Shown here: positions 9,940 through 18,503 of the stretch, one piece after another
Layout: every line of letters begins with the position of its first letter
How positions within the stretch are numbered: position 1 is the stretch's first letter
Assembly: GCA_001001285.1 (NCBI GenBank)
Contig: LCKG01000001.1
Span: forward strand, 39,223-103,222
Direction: 5' to 3'
From: Parcubacteria group bacterium GW2011_GWC1_45_13
GTDB lineage: Bacteria; Patescibacteriota; Minisyncoccia; UBA11713; 2-01-FULL-45-33
Length of the DNA: 64,000 nucleotides
Notes under the pieces: model-generated
The model's input: only the letters and a program-made list of their open reading frames with translations
Told to the model about the DNA's origin: nothing
The model's database searches: none
Made by a program: the position numbers and the translations under genes

Positions 9940-10673
9940 GATTCAAGAAATTTATTTTTCATAAAATTGCCCGCCTCAATTAAACTGTCGGGGGTTCCCG
10001 CATCAAACCACGCTTTTTTAAGCAAAACCGACTTTAATTTGCCTTCTTCAATATATTTGTTGTTTATATATGTAATTTCATATTCTCCGCGCTCGGATAC
10101 CGGTTGTCCTACCATTTTTCTAAAAACCGAATTGTCATAAATATAAACTCCGGTGACAGCAAGGTTAGATTTTGGGCTTTTTGGCTTCTCTTCAATTTTT
10201 AAAACATGCCCAGTAGCATTCACCGCAGCCACTCCAAAGCGATGCGGGTCTTTAACTGCTTTTAAAAAAACTGTCGCGCCTTCCTTAAAATTAGCAATGT
10301 GCTCGCCGATGTCGTCTTCCAAAATATTATCTCCCAGATAGAGCACGCAATTATCGTTGCCGATATAATCTTTCGCTATCCAAAGTCCTTCTGCGATGCC
10401 GGACGGGCCGTTTTGGATTCCGTAAACTATCTGAATCTGCTTGCCGTTATTTTTTGAAATAAAATTCTGCCCCGATCCCAGCAGGTTGACGAAGTGCTCA
10501 ACCTGCCGAGGCGAAGTCACCAGCATGATCCTGTCTATGCCCGCCTCAACAAGCTTTTCAATGGCATAGTAAATGATCGGTTTATTATAAACCGGCAAGA
10601 GGTGCTTATTGGTAACCAACGTAAGCGGGTGAAGCCTGGTGCCGTCGCCTCCGGCAAGAATTACTCCTTTCAT
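9936..10673 (-). CDS. rmlA: Glucose-1-phosphate thymidylyltransferase
   Basis: ILAGGDGTRLHPLT..NKHLLPVY; EEKP; SERGEYEIT; WFDAGT. Confidence 0.9.
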   Translation of the reverse strand: MKGVILAGGDGTRLHPLTLVTNKHLLPVYNKPIIYYAIEKLVEAGIDRIMLVTSPRQVEHFVNLLGSGQNFISKNNGKQIQIVYGIQNGPSGIAEGLWIAKDYIGNDNCVLYLGDNILEDDIGEHIANFKEGATVFLKAVKDPHRFGVAAVNATGHVLKIEEKPKSPKSNLAVTGVYIYDNSVFRKMVGQPVSERGEYEITYINNKYIEEGKLKSVLLKKAWFDAGTPDSLIEAGNFMKNKFLES

Positions 10674-11671
10674 ATTTTTATATGCGGATTTACGCCGCTA
10701 TTCTTATTTAAAACGCTTTTAAGCCACGGCTTGTTTTTATCGTACCATTTTATCGTGTGCGCGAGCCGGCTTTCCAGAGAATGCTTAGGTTGCCAGCCAA
10801 GCCGCCTTAATTTGGAAGAGTCAACAGAATAACGGCGGTCATGCCCGGGTCTGTCTTGTACAAAAGTTATTAAGTTTTCGGGCTTTTTAAGCGTTTTTAA
10901 AATCTCTCTGGCAATTTCTAAATTGGAATATTCCTCGCCGCGGGAAACCGGATAAACATCGCCGACCGCCCCGCGCTTGAGCAACATAAGCAGAGCGGCT
11001 GAATGGTCATCCACATAAAGCCAATCCCGCATATTTTTTCCATCGCCGTAAAGCGGCAATAATTTACTTTGCATTGCGCGCATCGCAAAAAATGGTATTA
11101 GTTTTTCCGGATACTGCCTCGGCCCGAAATTATTTACTGAACGGGAAATAATCACGGGTAATCCGTATGTTTTAACATACGATATGGCTAGTAAATCGCC
11201 GGCGGCTTTTGAAGCGGCGTATGGAGAATTTGGTTTCAACGGAGAACGTTCATGAAATTTTTCTTTGGATTTCAAATCCAAATCTCCCCAAACCTCGTCG
11301 GTTGAAACATGAATCATTCTTTTAATATTTGGAGAATGCTTCAGCGCTTCTAAAAGCGAATGCACGCCTAAAACGTTGGCGCGCAAAAAATCGCTGTAGC
11401 TGCCATGAATGGACCTGTCCACGTGGGTTTCGGCGGCAAAGTTTACAACAAAGTCCGCTTGCTTCATTAAGCGCTTCACCAAATCGGTATCGGCAATATC
11501 TCCTTTTACAAATTTGTGGCGGTTTGCCGGAATTCCTTTTAGGTTTTCTTTGTTGCCGGCGTACGTAAGCAAATCCAAATTTATGACTTTGGCTCTATTA
11601 AAGTTCTTAAATAAAAAATGTATGAAATTAGACCCCATAAATCCGCACCCGCCGGTTACAAGAAATGTCAT
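10670..11671 (-). CDS. rmlB: dTDP-glucose 4,6-dehydratase
   Basis: TGGCGFMGSNF, LTYAGN, FAAETHVDRSI, STDEV, PYAASKA, DRPGHDRRY. Confidence 0.95.
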   Translation of the reverse strand: MTFLVTGGCGFMGSNFIHFLFKNFNRAKVINLDLLTYAGNKENLKGIPANRHKFVKGDIADTDLVKRLMKQADFVVNFAAETHVDRSIHGSYSDFLRANVLGVHSLLEALKHSPNIKRMIHVSTDEVWGDLDLKSKEKFHERSPLKPNSPYAASKAAGDLLAISYVKTYGLPVIISRSVNNFGPRQYPEKLIPFFAMRAMQSKLLPLYGDGKNMRDWLYVDDHSAALLMLLKRGAVGDVYPVSRGEEYSNLEIAREILKTLKKPENLITFVQDRPGHDRRYSVDSSKLRRLGWQPKHSLESRLAHTIKWYDKNKPWLKSVLNKNSGVNPHIKI

Positions 11672-11696
11672 ATCTATTACAACTTAGCAGAAAAAT

Positions 11697-12335
11697 CTAA
11701 GGTTTGGCAAGCAAAAGGTGGAATGTATTGAAATAGAGAGGGCGCAGTAGAATGCGGTATAAAATTAAAAGAGGAAGTGCGAAATTCCAAAACTTTTTTT
11801 TGATTTTTTTTTCTCGGATATCCGAAACGGAAAAACCGGCCGCGCGGAGAAATTTAAAAACTCGTCCGTAAGTATAATAATGCATCGTGGCCAATTTTTG
11901 CCGGCCGGCCGAGCCGTCGTTTTTAGTTCTGCCTAAAAAATTTAAAATCGGCTCGGTCCAGCTTCTCGGCATCCAATTTATAAAATACAAGCGATAATGA
12001 TAATCATAAACGCCGAATCTGTTGTGAAAGCTTATATAGCACTTGTTTCCCGGCTTTAAAACCCGGAAAATTTCACCGCAAGCCCTTCGCGGAAATTCAA
12101 TGTGCTCTGTCACCTCTGCGCAATTTACGAAATCAAAATAATTGTCCGGAAACGGCAAACTCTCAGCGCTTGCCTTTACGACTTTTTCAAAAATGCGCTC
12201 CGGGTTTAACTCAACTCCATGAGCGTCAAACCCCAAATCAGCCATCTTACGCAAAAAATTGCCCATGCCAGAGCCGACATCCAAGACCTTGCCGCCAGGT
12301 TTTATAAATTGTCCGCAATATTCAGCGTGGCTCAT
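11697..12335 (-). CDS. Class I SAM-dependent methyltransferase
   Basis: VLDVGSGMG, LPFPDNYFD, EHI, RVLKPG. Confidence 0.85.
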   Translation of the reverse strand: MSHAEYCGQFIKPGGKVLDVGSGMGNFLRKMADLGFDAHGVELNPERIFEKVVKASAESLPFPDNYFDFVNCAEVTEHIEFPRRACGEIFRVLKPGNKCYISFHNRFGVYDYHYRLYFINWMPRSWTEPILNFLGRTKNDGSAGRQKLATMHYYTYGRVFKFLRAAGFSVSDIREKKIKKKFWNFALPLLILYRILLRPLYFNTFHLLLAKP

Positions 12336-12925
12336 TTTTTAAAAATAAAGAACTTATAACCTAGAAAGTTGCATAGGGCGGAGGTCGGTATAAGAACCAA
12401 AAGCGCGAGATTCGCCCAAATTTTTAAATCAAAACCGGAAGGGGCGCCGATAGTATTTATCATAAGATGCATAAACAAAAGCCCCAAAAGAGACGTGGCG
12501 ATTGTCATGCTAAAAAATTTTGCGTATTCTGCGCGCGCGTTGGCTAAATTGTTCGCTTTAAAAATCCAGAATTTATTCCACAAAAAACTTTGCGTTATGG
12601 TTATCGCAAAAGCTATGATTATAAAAACGTCCGCCAGCCAACCCCTGGCAATGCCCGTAATCAAAATGAAAAAGTTGAAAATGCCCGCGTCCAGAAAAAA
12701 ATTGAAGCACCCGATGAGGCCGTATTTCCCCAATTCCAGCAAAACCGGCCGCCTTGCCGACATCAAATAAATCAAATAAAAACCGGCAAGTGCGGCCGCC
12801 GGCGCAAAAATTAGCCAGACAGCAACAAACACCGGTTCAAAAAAATTTATATTTTTTAACGTCGGCAAAGTTAAAAGCGCGATGGCTTCTCCCACAATTG
12901 CTGCCCGCAATAGATCAAATCGCAT
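12332..12925 (-). CDS. GtrA-family flippase-like membrane protein; start moved to MRFDLL
   Basis: KYGLIG, SFLWNKFWIF, NFLGYKFFIFK GtrA signatures. Confidence 0.8.
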   Translation of the reverse strand: MRFDLLRAAIVGEAIALLTLPTLKNINFFEPVFVAVWLIFAPAAALAGFYLIYLMSARRPVLLELGKYGLIGCFNFFLDAGIFNFFILITGIARGWLADVFIIIAFAITITQSFLWNKFWIFKANNLANARAEYAKFFSMTIATSLLGLLFMHLMINTIGAPSGFDLKIWANLALLVLIPTSALCNFLGYKFFIFKK

Positions 12926-12927
12926 AA

Positions 12928-13971
12928 TCAAAAAAAATACTTGGCTATTTTCAATATCCCCTGCTTCCAAGGCACGCGATGGGAAACTCCGGTCTGGTTT
13001 TTGAATTTTTCCAGATTGGCCAAATACCATTCGTAATTCCTGACCAGCGCCTGCTTATTTGAATACTTCGGACGGAAACCCAAAATTCTTTCCGCTTTTT
13101 CTATTGAAACAAAAGAATCTTTGTGCGCCGTCTCATACACCCATTTATAAAGCGGGGAAAGCCTCAAAATCTCCAGAAAACGCAGCGCCCAAATCATTGG
13201 AGTCGCCGGGAAGCCGATGATTTTTTTGCCGAACCTTGCGCGGTCCAAAACCGCCTGGTAATCTTCGCGCATCGTCGTAAATTTTTTCGCGCCGATATTA
13301 AAAACACCGTTGGCTTTTTCTTTCGGTAAAGTTGCCGCAAGCCAAATCGCCTCGCAAAGGTCCTCAACGTCCAAAAGCTGGTAGCGATTTTTGCCGTTGC
13401 CGATCATCGGAAACCCGTGCCCCGTGCTCGCCCAATCGTAAAAAAGCGCGAACACGCCCAGCCGCTCCGGTCCTATAAATGATTTAGGGCGCAAAATCGT
13501 AACTGTGAACCCGTCTTTTTTGGCATTTTCGCAAAATTTCTCCGCCATAATCTTCGCCTCACCGTAAGGCCCGACTCCCTGAAGTTTGTCGTTTTCATAA
13601 ATCGGGTGGCGGTCCGGAATGCCGTAAACCGCCGTGCTGGAGATATGTATAAATCTGCTGACGTTATGTTTTTTGGCGCTTTCTATAACATTTCTCGTGC
13701 CGCCAATCTCCGTGGATAAAATATCTTTTTTAGAATAAAGCGGGAGCGCGGCGGCTGTATGGACGACCACATCAACTCCGTTTACGGCTCCGTCAACCGC
13801 GACTTTATCCCGGACATCGCCTAAAACACTTTCAACACGGTTTTTTTCCGGATAATCAAACGGCGCCAAATCTAAAATTCTTACCTTCTGCCCTTTTTTG
13901 AGCAGAAAGCGCGCGAGATTGATTCCCAAAAATCCTGCGCCTCCGGTGATTAAATATTTTTTTACTTCCAT
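12928..13971 (-). CDS. NAD-dependent epimerase/dehydratase (extended SDR)
   Basis: TGGAGFLG, ISSTAVYG, YGEAK. Confidence 0.9.
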   Translation of the reverse strand: MEVKKYLITGGAGFLGINLARFLLKKGQKVRILDLAPFDYPEKNRVESVLGDVRDKVAVDGAVNGVDVVVHTAAALPLYSKKDILSTEIGGTRNVIESAKKHNVSRFIHISSTAVYGIPDRHPIYENDKLQGVGPYGEAKIMAEKFCENAKKDGFTVTILRPKSFIGPERLGVFALFYDWASTGHGFPMIGNGKNRYQLLDVEDLCEAIWLAATLPKEKANGVFNIGAKKFTTMREDYQAVLDRARFGKKIIGFPATPMIWALRFLEILRLSPLYKWVYETAHKDSFVSIEKAERILGFRPKYSNKQALVRNYEWYLANLEKFKNQTGVSHRVPWKQGILKIAKYFF

Positions 13972-14357
13972 AATATAACTGAAATAAAATCGTCAACTAA
14001 ATAAGTAAATTTCACAAAAAGCGGTTCTTTGCCGGAAACTTTTCTTTTGATTTTAATGAATTCCGCGCCGATATTTTTCGCGAATAGGCCGTCTGTTAAA
14101 AACTTATCGCCGATCACTATAACTTTTTTACCGGCCATATCAACGCCTTTTGCCGCTTCGCGGCTCGGCTTTTTTATATTGTTCCCTTTGTTGCTGATTA
14201 AATGAACTTCGTTTTTGGCCTTAAGCTCCGCCAGCTTATTTAAAACCTCCTGGTCCATCTCCTGGTCTCCGTCGGGCCGCAAGGTTCCGTCAATATCCAA
14301 AAAAATAACCACGCCGGACCAAGGCATATCCAGTTCTTCAAAAAATTTATTTGGCAT
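13962..14357 (-). CDS. HAD IIIA phosphatase (YqeG-like, short)
   Basis: DIDGT, ISN, KKP, IGDKFLTD. Confidence 0.8.
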   Translation of the reverse strand: MPNKFFEELDMPWSGVVIFLDIDGTLRPDGDQEMDQEVLNKLAELKAKNEVHLISNKGNNIKKPSREAAKGVDMAGKKVIVIGDKFLTDGLFAKNIGAEFIKIKRKVSGKEPLFVKFTYLVDDFISVILWK

Positions 14358-15216
14358 ATAAAATTATGGCGGCGGAAACAATCAGCCAGACAAAAACAAC
14401 TGCCAACAAATTTTTATCCAGCAAAAAATCGTCCGTCGGGCCATCGTCGCTACGCGTTTTTATGTTTATCAAAAATAGATACCTAAAAAGCCCGTAAAGC
14501 ACGACGGGAATCGTAACCATAAGAAGCTTGCTGTGCTCGGAGCTGAAAGTGTAAAAAGCGTAAGTGATAATGGCGGAGGGCAAAACAATGGAGTTCATCT
14601 GGTCAAGTAGGGCTAGGGAATATTTGCCAAGCCCTTCCCGCGTTTCAGCTTCCTCCGCGTGCATAAGCTCGTTTTTTCTCTTGGAGATCGCCAAAAACAG
14701 CGTAAGGAAAAAAGTTGAAAGAATCAGCCATTCGGAAAACCTGACATTAATTGCGACCGCCCCGGCGATGACGCGGATAACAAATCCCAATGCGATAACA
14801 ATCACGTCAATTATCACGAAACGCTTAAGATAAAATGAATACAAAATATTAAGCGCCAAAAATCCGATAACGGCGAGCGCGAAAAAATTATTTATGTAAA
14901 AACTCCAGAAAACAGCCAGCGCGCCGAAAACCGCGGCGGCGAAAATGGCTGCGGACGCCGGAAGCTTTCCGGAGGCAATCGGCCTTAAGCGCTTTTGCGG
15001 ATGCCTGCGGTCATACGGCGCGTCCACCACGTCATTTATCAGATAAATCGCGCTCGAGGCGAGGCAGAAAATTACGAAAGCTTCAAAGACAGCCGTAAGC
15101 TTTTCAATATCCGAAAACTGCTTTACGAAAATTATGGCGGCAAAAAGAAAGAGGTTTTTAATCCATTGCTTCGGCCGCATTGAGATTATAAGATTTTTGA
15201 TAACGCTTCCGCCCAT
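14347..15216 (-). CDS. UbiA-family polyprenyl-phosphate phosphoribosyltransferase (DPPR-synthase-like)
   Basis: MRPKQWIKN, YLINDVVD..DRRHPQK..RPIASG, KRKNEL, GLFRY. Confidence 0.85.
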   Translation of the reverse strand: MGGSVIKNLIISMRPKQWIKNLFLFAAIIFVKQFSDIEKLTAVFEAFVIFCLASSAIYLINDVVDAPYDRRHPQKRLRPIASGKLPASAAIFAAAVFGALAVFWSFYINNFFALAVIGFLALNILYSFYLKRFVIIDVIVIALGFVIRVIAGAVAINVRFSEWLILSTFFLTLFLAISKRKNELMHAEEAETREGLGKYSLALLDQMNSIVLPSAIITYAFYTFSSEHSKLLMVTIPVVLYGLFRYLFLINIKTRSDDGPTDDFLLDKNLLAVVFVWLIVSAAIILYAK

Positions 15217-15227
15217 TAGATTAACAA

Positions 15228-15259
15228 TTATAGTAAGATAATTTTGACTATTTTACAAG
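15228..15259 (-). promoter_or_regulatory. Sigma70-like promoter for the UbiA operon (TTGTAA-17-TACTAT)
   Basis: Minus strand CTTGTAAAATAGTCAAAATTATCTTACTATAA; 26/32 identical to 16177-16208. Confidence 0.55.
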
Positions 15260-15266
15260 CTATTGA

Positions 15267-15294
15267 CCGAGGTCGCGCGATCTCGGCATTTTTT
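15267..15294 (+). terminator. GC hairpin with T-tract
   Basis: CCGAGGTCGCGCGATCTCGG followed by CATTTTTT. Confidence 0.45.
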
Positions 15295-15307
15295 ATTGCT
15301 TACTTCA

Positions 15308-15345
15308 TCAACTCAACCACTTCTCAAAATCAGCGAGGAATTGGT
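15308..15345 (-). repeat. Orphan copy of the transaldolase 3' end (direct repeat of 21144-21181)
   Basis: 34/38 identical; encodes QFLADFEKWLS* versus QFLSDFEKWLS*. Confidence 0.9.
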
Positions 15346-15348
15346 AAA

Positions 15349-15768
15349 TTATAATCCGACAGCCGCTTTAACATAAGAAATAAAATTTCTTACTTGCGGC
15401 AAATTATTTTGTAAAACATCGTAAACAACATCTATCCTCAAATCGTGATAATCATGCGCCAAAGCGTTGCGAAAGCCGACAATTTTGTGAAAATCGGCCA
15501 AAAACTCGTTTGGTATAATTTTTTCTTCTCCCAAAATATCCAGCGCTTCGCGCATTGTTGTCGGCTTGCGAAAATTTTTATAAGCCACCACCGCCTCTGC
15601 CAAATCTATAACGGCTTGAGCCACAATATAGAGCTCGCGTTCAGTCGCGCCCTTAATCATTAAATTGGTTTCCAAATCATTGAGTGAGTACTTTTTGTAG
15701 CCTTCAGCAATTTCCAGATGCTTGATGATATAACTAATTTGATTTTCTATAACTTGGAGATTGCTCAT
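15349..15768 (-). CDS. hepT: HEPN (DUF86) RNase toxin
   Basis: FRNALAHDY (RX4HXY); coupled to MNT gene. Confidence 0.9.
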   Translation of the reverse strand: MSNLQVIENQISYIIKHLEIAEGYKKYSLNDLETNLMIKGATERELYIVAQAVIDLAEAVVAYKNFRKPTTMREALDILGEEKIIPNEFLADFHKIVGFRNALAHDYHDLRIDVVYDVLQNNLPQVRNFISYVKAAVGL

Positions 15769-16169
15769 TTTGCGCGGGTTAAATTATATTTTTTAAGCAG
15801 ATAAATAAAATCAAAATATTCATTAAGGGTTTTTGGCTCTAAAAGCAGCCTGTTTGGTTCGCGCTCAAAAATTATCTTGCCGCCGGAAATAATTTGATAT
15901 TTGAGTTCCGGCGATTCAATATCATTGATGCTATGAACATCAACTTTATCCGTGGCGAGTATTCTGGAAATTTCCGAAGAAAAATAGAAAACCATCCGCC
16001 CTCTTTTTATTGGGTCGTTTTCCATAAAATAAATTCCGAAATCATAATCGCTCTGGGGCCCCGTTTTACCGCTTGCTTGCGAGCCAAAAAGATAAACAAG
16101 GCCGACGGCCGGTTCGGCATTAAAGACATCCGATAATTTATCTTTTATTTCTTCAACAGCTTTATTCAT
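15765..16169 (-). CDS. mntA: Minimal nucleotidyltransferase antitoxin
   Basis: YLFGSQA.G...QSDYD motif. Confidence 0.9.
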   Translation of the reverse strand: MNKAVEEIKDKLSDVFNAEPAVGLVYLFGSQASGKTGPQSDYDFGIYFMENDPIKRGRMVFYFSSEISRILATDKVDVHSINDIESPELKYQIISGGKIIFEREPNRLLLEPKTLNEYFDFIYLLKKYNLTRAK

Positions 16170-16176
16170 ATAGCTT

Positions 16177-16208
16177 TTATAGTAAAATAATTGCGCCCAA
16201 TTTACAAG
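16177..16208 (-). promoter_or_regulatory. Sigma70-like promoter for MNT-HEPN (TTGTAA-17-TACTAT)
   Basis: Minus strand CTTGTAAATTGGGCGCAATTATTTTACTATAA. Confidence 0.55.
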
Positions 16209-16214
16209 TTTTAT

Positions 16215-16886
16215 TTATAACTTATATTTTTTTATCTCGTCCGGGGATAAAAATCCGGGCCTTTGCTTGCCGTAAACAGCCCTTACTTTATGATTGGCAA
16301 CAAACCGGTTCATCAAAGAAGTCAGATAAAATTCGCCGTTAACAGGGTGCGGTTCGGGTTCATAAGTAAATATATCGCTATTTACAACCATAGTGCCGGC
16401 TACCGACATATTGGATGACGGATTTTTTGGTTTTTCTATAACTTTCAAAATATGCCCGTCATCCGAAAAAGTAGCCTCTCCTCCTTGCTTGGGATTATCC
16501 GTTGGCGCGCAAAGCCAGCTATACTCATGATTTAAACAATCCGCGATTTCTTTACGGCTAGGCATATCGTCTCCGTACGCAACCAAAAATCTTTCGCCAG
16601 GTGAAAATAAATCCTTACAGCAAAGCAAAGCAGTTCCAGAACCGTTTAAAACATCCTGCACAACGTAGCGTATTGCCTTGCCTTTATATTGTTCTCCAAA
16701 ATGCCGCTGAATTTGTTCCTTAAAATAACCGACAACGATTATAACTTGGTCAACTTCTTCCGGCAAAGCGTCAAAAATATAATCCAAAACGGTTTTATCG
16801 CCAATGCGAAGCAGTGGTTTGGGTACCGATAAAGTAAGCGGGAGCATGCGCCTTCCGCCACCGGCTGCTAAAATAACAGCTTTCAT
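16215..16886 (-). CDS. Sugar-phosphate nucleotidyltransferase (paralog of 28316-28987)
   Basis: VILAAGGGRRMLPLT..PKPLL; EKP. Confidence 0.9.
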   Translation of the reverse strand: MKAVILAAGGGRRMLPLTLSVPKPLLRIGDKTVLDYIFDALPEEVDQVIIVVGYFKEQIQRHFGEQYKGKAIRYVVQDVLNGSGTALLCCKDLFSPGERFLVAYGDDMPSRKEIADCLNHEYSWLCAPTDNPKQGGEATFSDDGHILKVIEKPKNPSSNMSVAGTMVVNSDIFTYEPEPHPVNGEFYLTSLMNRFVANHKVRAVYGKQRPGFLSPDEIKKYKL

Positions 16887-16908
16887 AAGTTTTTAGATAA
16901 TACCACAG

Positions 16909-16967
16909 TTGACTTTAATTGTAAAAATCTGTAGCATCTAGATAGCAATCTTTGTAAATGTAGGAGG
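16909..16967 (+). promoter_or_regulatory. Sigma70 promoter and SD of the radical SAM gene
   Basis: TTGACT (16909)-17 bp-TAGCAT (16932); AGGAGG at 16962. Confidence 0.7.
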
Positions 16968-16972
16968 AAAGT

Positions 16973-18490
16973 ATGTCCAGAAAAAATCCAAGGGTTTTAT
17001 TGATATATCCGCCCAATCAGCTTATGAGTATTGAAATGCCACGCCCAGACGGTTCATTAGGGCCGCTTTACCTCGCTGGAGCGCTTCGCCGCGCAGGAAT
17101 TGAAGTGGATATTTTAGACGCTTCCGTTGGCGGTCCCACAGATAATTTAAAAGATACATTTTTCAGAAGAGTAAAACAACCCAACGGACTTACTCGGATC
17201 GGTATGACGCCTAAACGCATGGAAGAATATTTGGCTGGGGGGTTTTATAATATTGTTGGGATTCACAGCAATTTCACCCCTCAAACAAAAATGGCGCTGG
17301 AAGTCGCTAGCATTATCAAAAAAGTAAATCCGGAAATGTTGGTAGTTGCTGGCGGAGTCAACGCCCGGGCAATGGCTGAAAGGATGTTGACTCAAAATAC
17401 CATTGACTTGATTGCTGTCACAGAGGGAGAAAAAACCATCGTAGAAATAGTAAGAGCCTGGCAAAACGGCTCCGGATTTGGCGAAGTAAACGGAATCGCG
17501 CGCCTCGAGAACGGCGAACTCGTGATAAACTCGCCTAGCACCATCACAACCAATCTTGATGAACTGCCGCTGCCGGCATGGGATTTGCTGCCTTTTGCCA
17601 AATACGATGAGATTAATTCCCCACCGCATGGCAGCATCACCTCTGCGAAGCGGCGCCGTTATGCGCCCATGATGACTTCGCGAGGATGCCCCTTTGAGTG
17701 TCTCTACTGCCACATAAGCGAAGAGAAAAGCGCCGAATCAACCAGCGGAGACATTGGGTCCTTGCGCTTAAAATCAGTAGACAGGGTCATGCGGGAAGTT
17801 GATATCCTGCGTTCCTTGGGAGTAACGCATCTTTATTTGGAAGACGACAGCTTGCTTGCAAAAAAAACCCGCGTGACCGATTTCTTTAAGCGAATGGCTG
17901 AAATGGGAATGAAAATGAGCGGCATCAACGGAGTAAATCTGGTTCATTTTGGCGAACCAACAGCCAATAAAAAGTTGAGACCGGATAGAAAATATTTAGA
18001 GATTATCAAAACGTCGGGATTTGATGAGATCGTTTTCCCAGTAGAGTCAGCAAGCCAGCGTGTCTTGGATAAATATGCTACCGGAAAACTTAATCATGAG
18101 AGACTGGACGTTGTAGAGCTGGTACGCACAGCCGTAAGCATAGGCATCACCTGCCCCATAAATATGATGATGGGGTTCCCGGACGAAACCGAGGCAGAAA
18201 TAATGCAAAGCGTTGAATTGGGCAAACAGCTAATTAACGCTGGAGCTCCGTATGTAACATTTTTCATTCCTATTCCATTTCCTGGAAGTAAATTGTTTAA
18301 CATAGCCATCAAAGGCAATCACCTTGCACCGGACTTTGATACCGACATCATGAACTGGCAACATCCAGTCATGAAAAATACGATAGTGCCTCCGGAACGC
18401 GTTGTTGAATTAAGACAATGGGCTTGGGAAACAGTAAACACGAGTTCATACAAACAAACAAGGACGGAAAGGAATGTTAGGGCGGTCTAG
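16973..18490 (+). CDS. B12-binding-domain radical SAM protein
   Basis: N-terminal LGPLYLAG / VAGGVNA / GE; TSRGCPFECLYC. Confidence 0.9.
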   Translation: MSRKNPRVLLIYPPNQLMSIEMPRPDGSLGPLYLAGALRRAGIEVDILDASVGGPTDNLKDTFFRRVKQPNGLTRIGMTPKRMEEYLAGGFYNIVGIHSNFTPQTKMALEVASIIKKVNPEMLVVAGGVNARAMAERMLTQNTIDLIAVTEGEKTIVEIVRAWQNGSGFGEVNGIARLENGELVINSPSTITTNLDELPLPAWDLLPFAKYDEINSPPHGSITSAKRRRYAPMMTSRGCPFECLYCHISEEKSAESTSGDIGSLRLKSVDRVMREVDILRSLGVTHLYLEDDSLLAKKTRVTDFFKRMAEMGMKMSGINGVNLVHFGEPTANKKLRPDRKYLEIIKTSGFDEIVFPVESASQRVLDKYATGKLNHERLDVVELVRTAVSIGITCPINMMMGFPDETEAEIMQSVELGKQLINAGAPYVTFFIPIPFPGSKLFNIAIKGNHLAPDFDTDIMNWQHPVMKNTIVPPERVVELRQWAWETVNTSSYKQTRTERNVRAV

Positions 18491-18503
18491 CAAACCGCTC
18501 TTT

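Noticed and set aside
11794-11812. Poly-T tracts in the methyltransferase gene
   Set aside because: They encode Lys runs, which are common in this genome, and the frame is intact.
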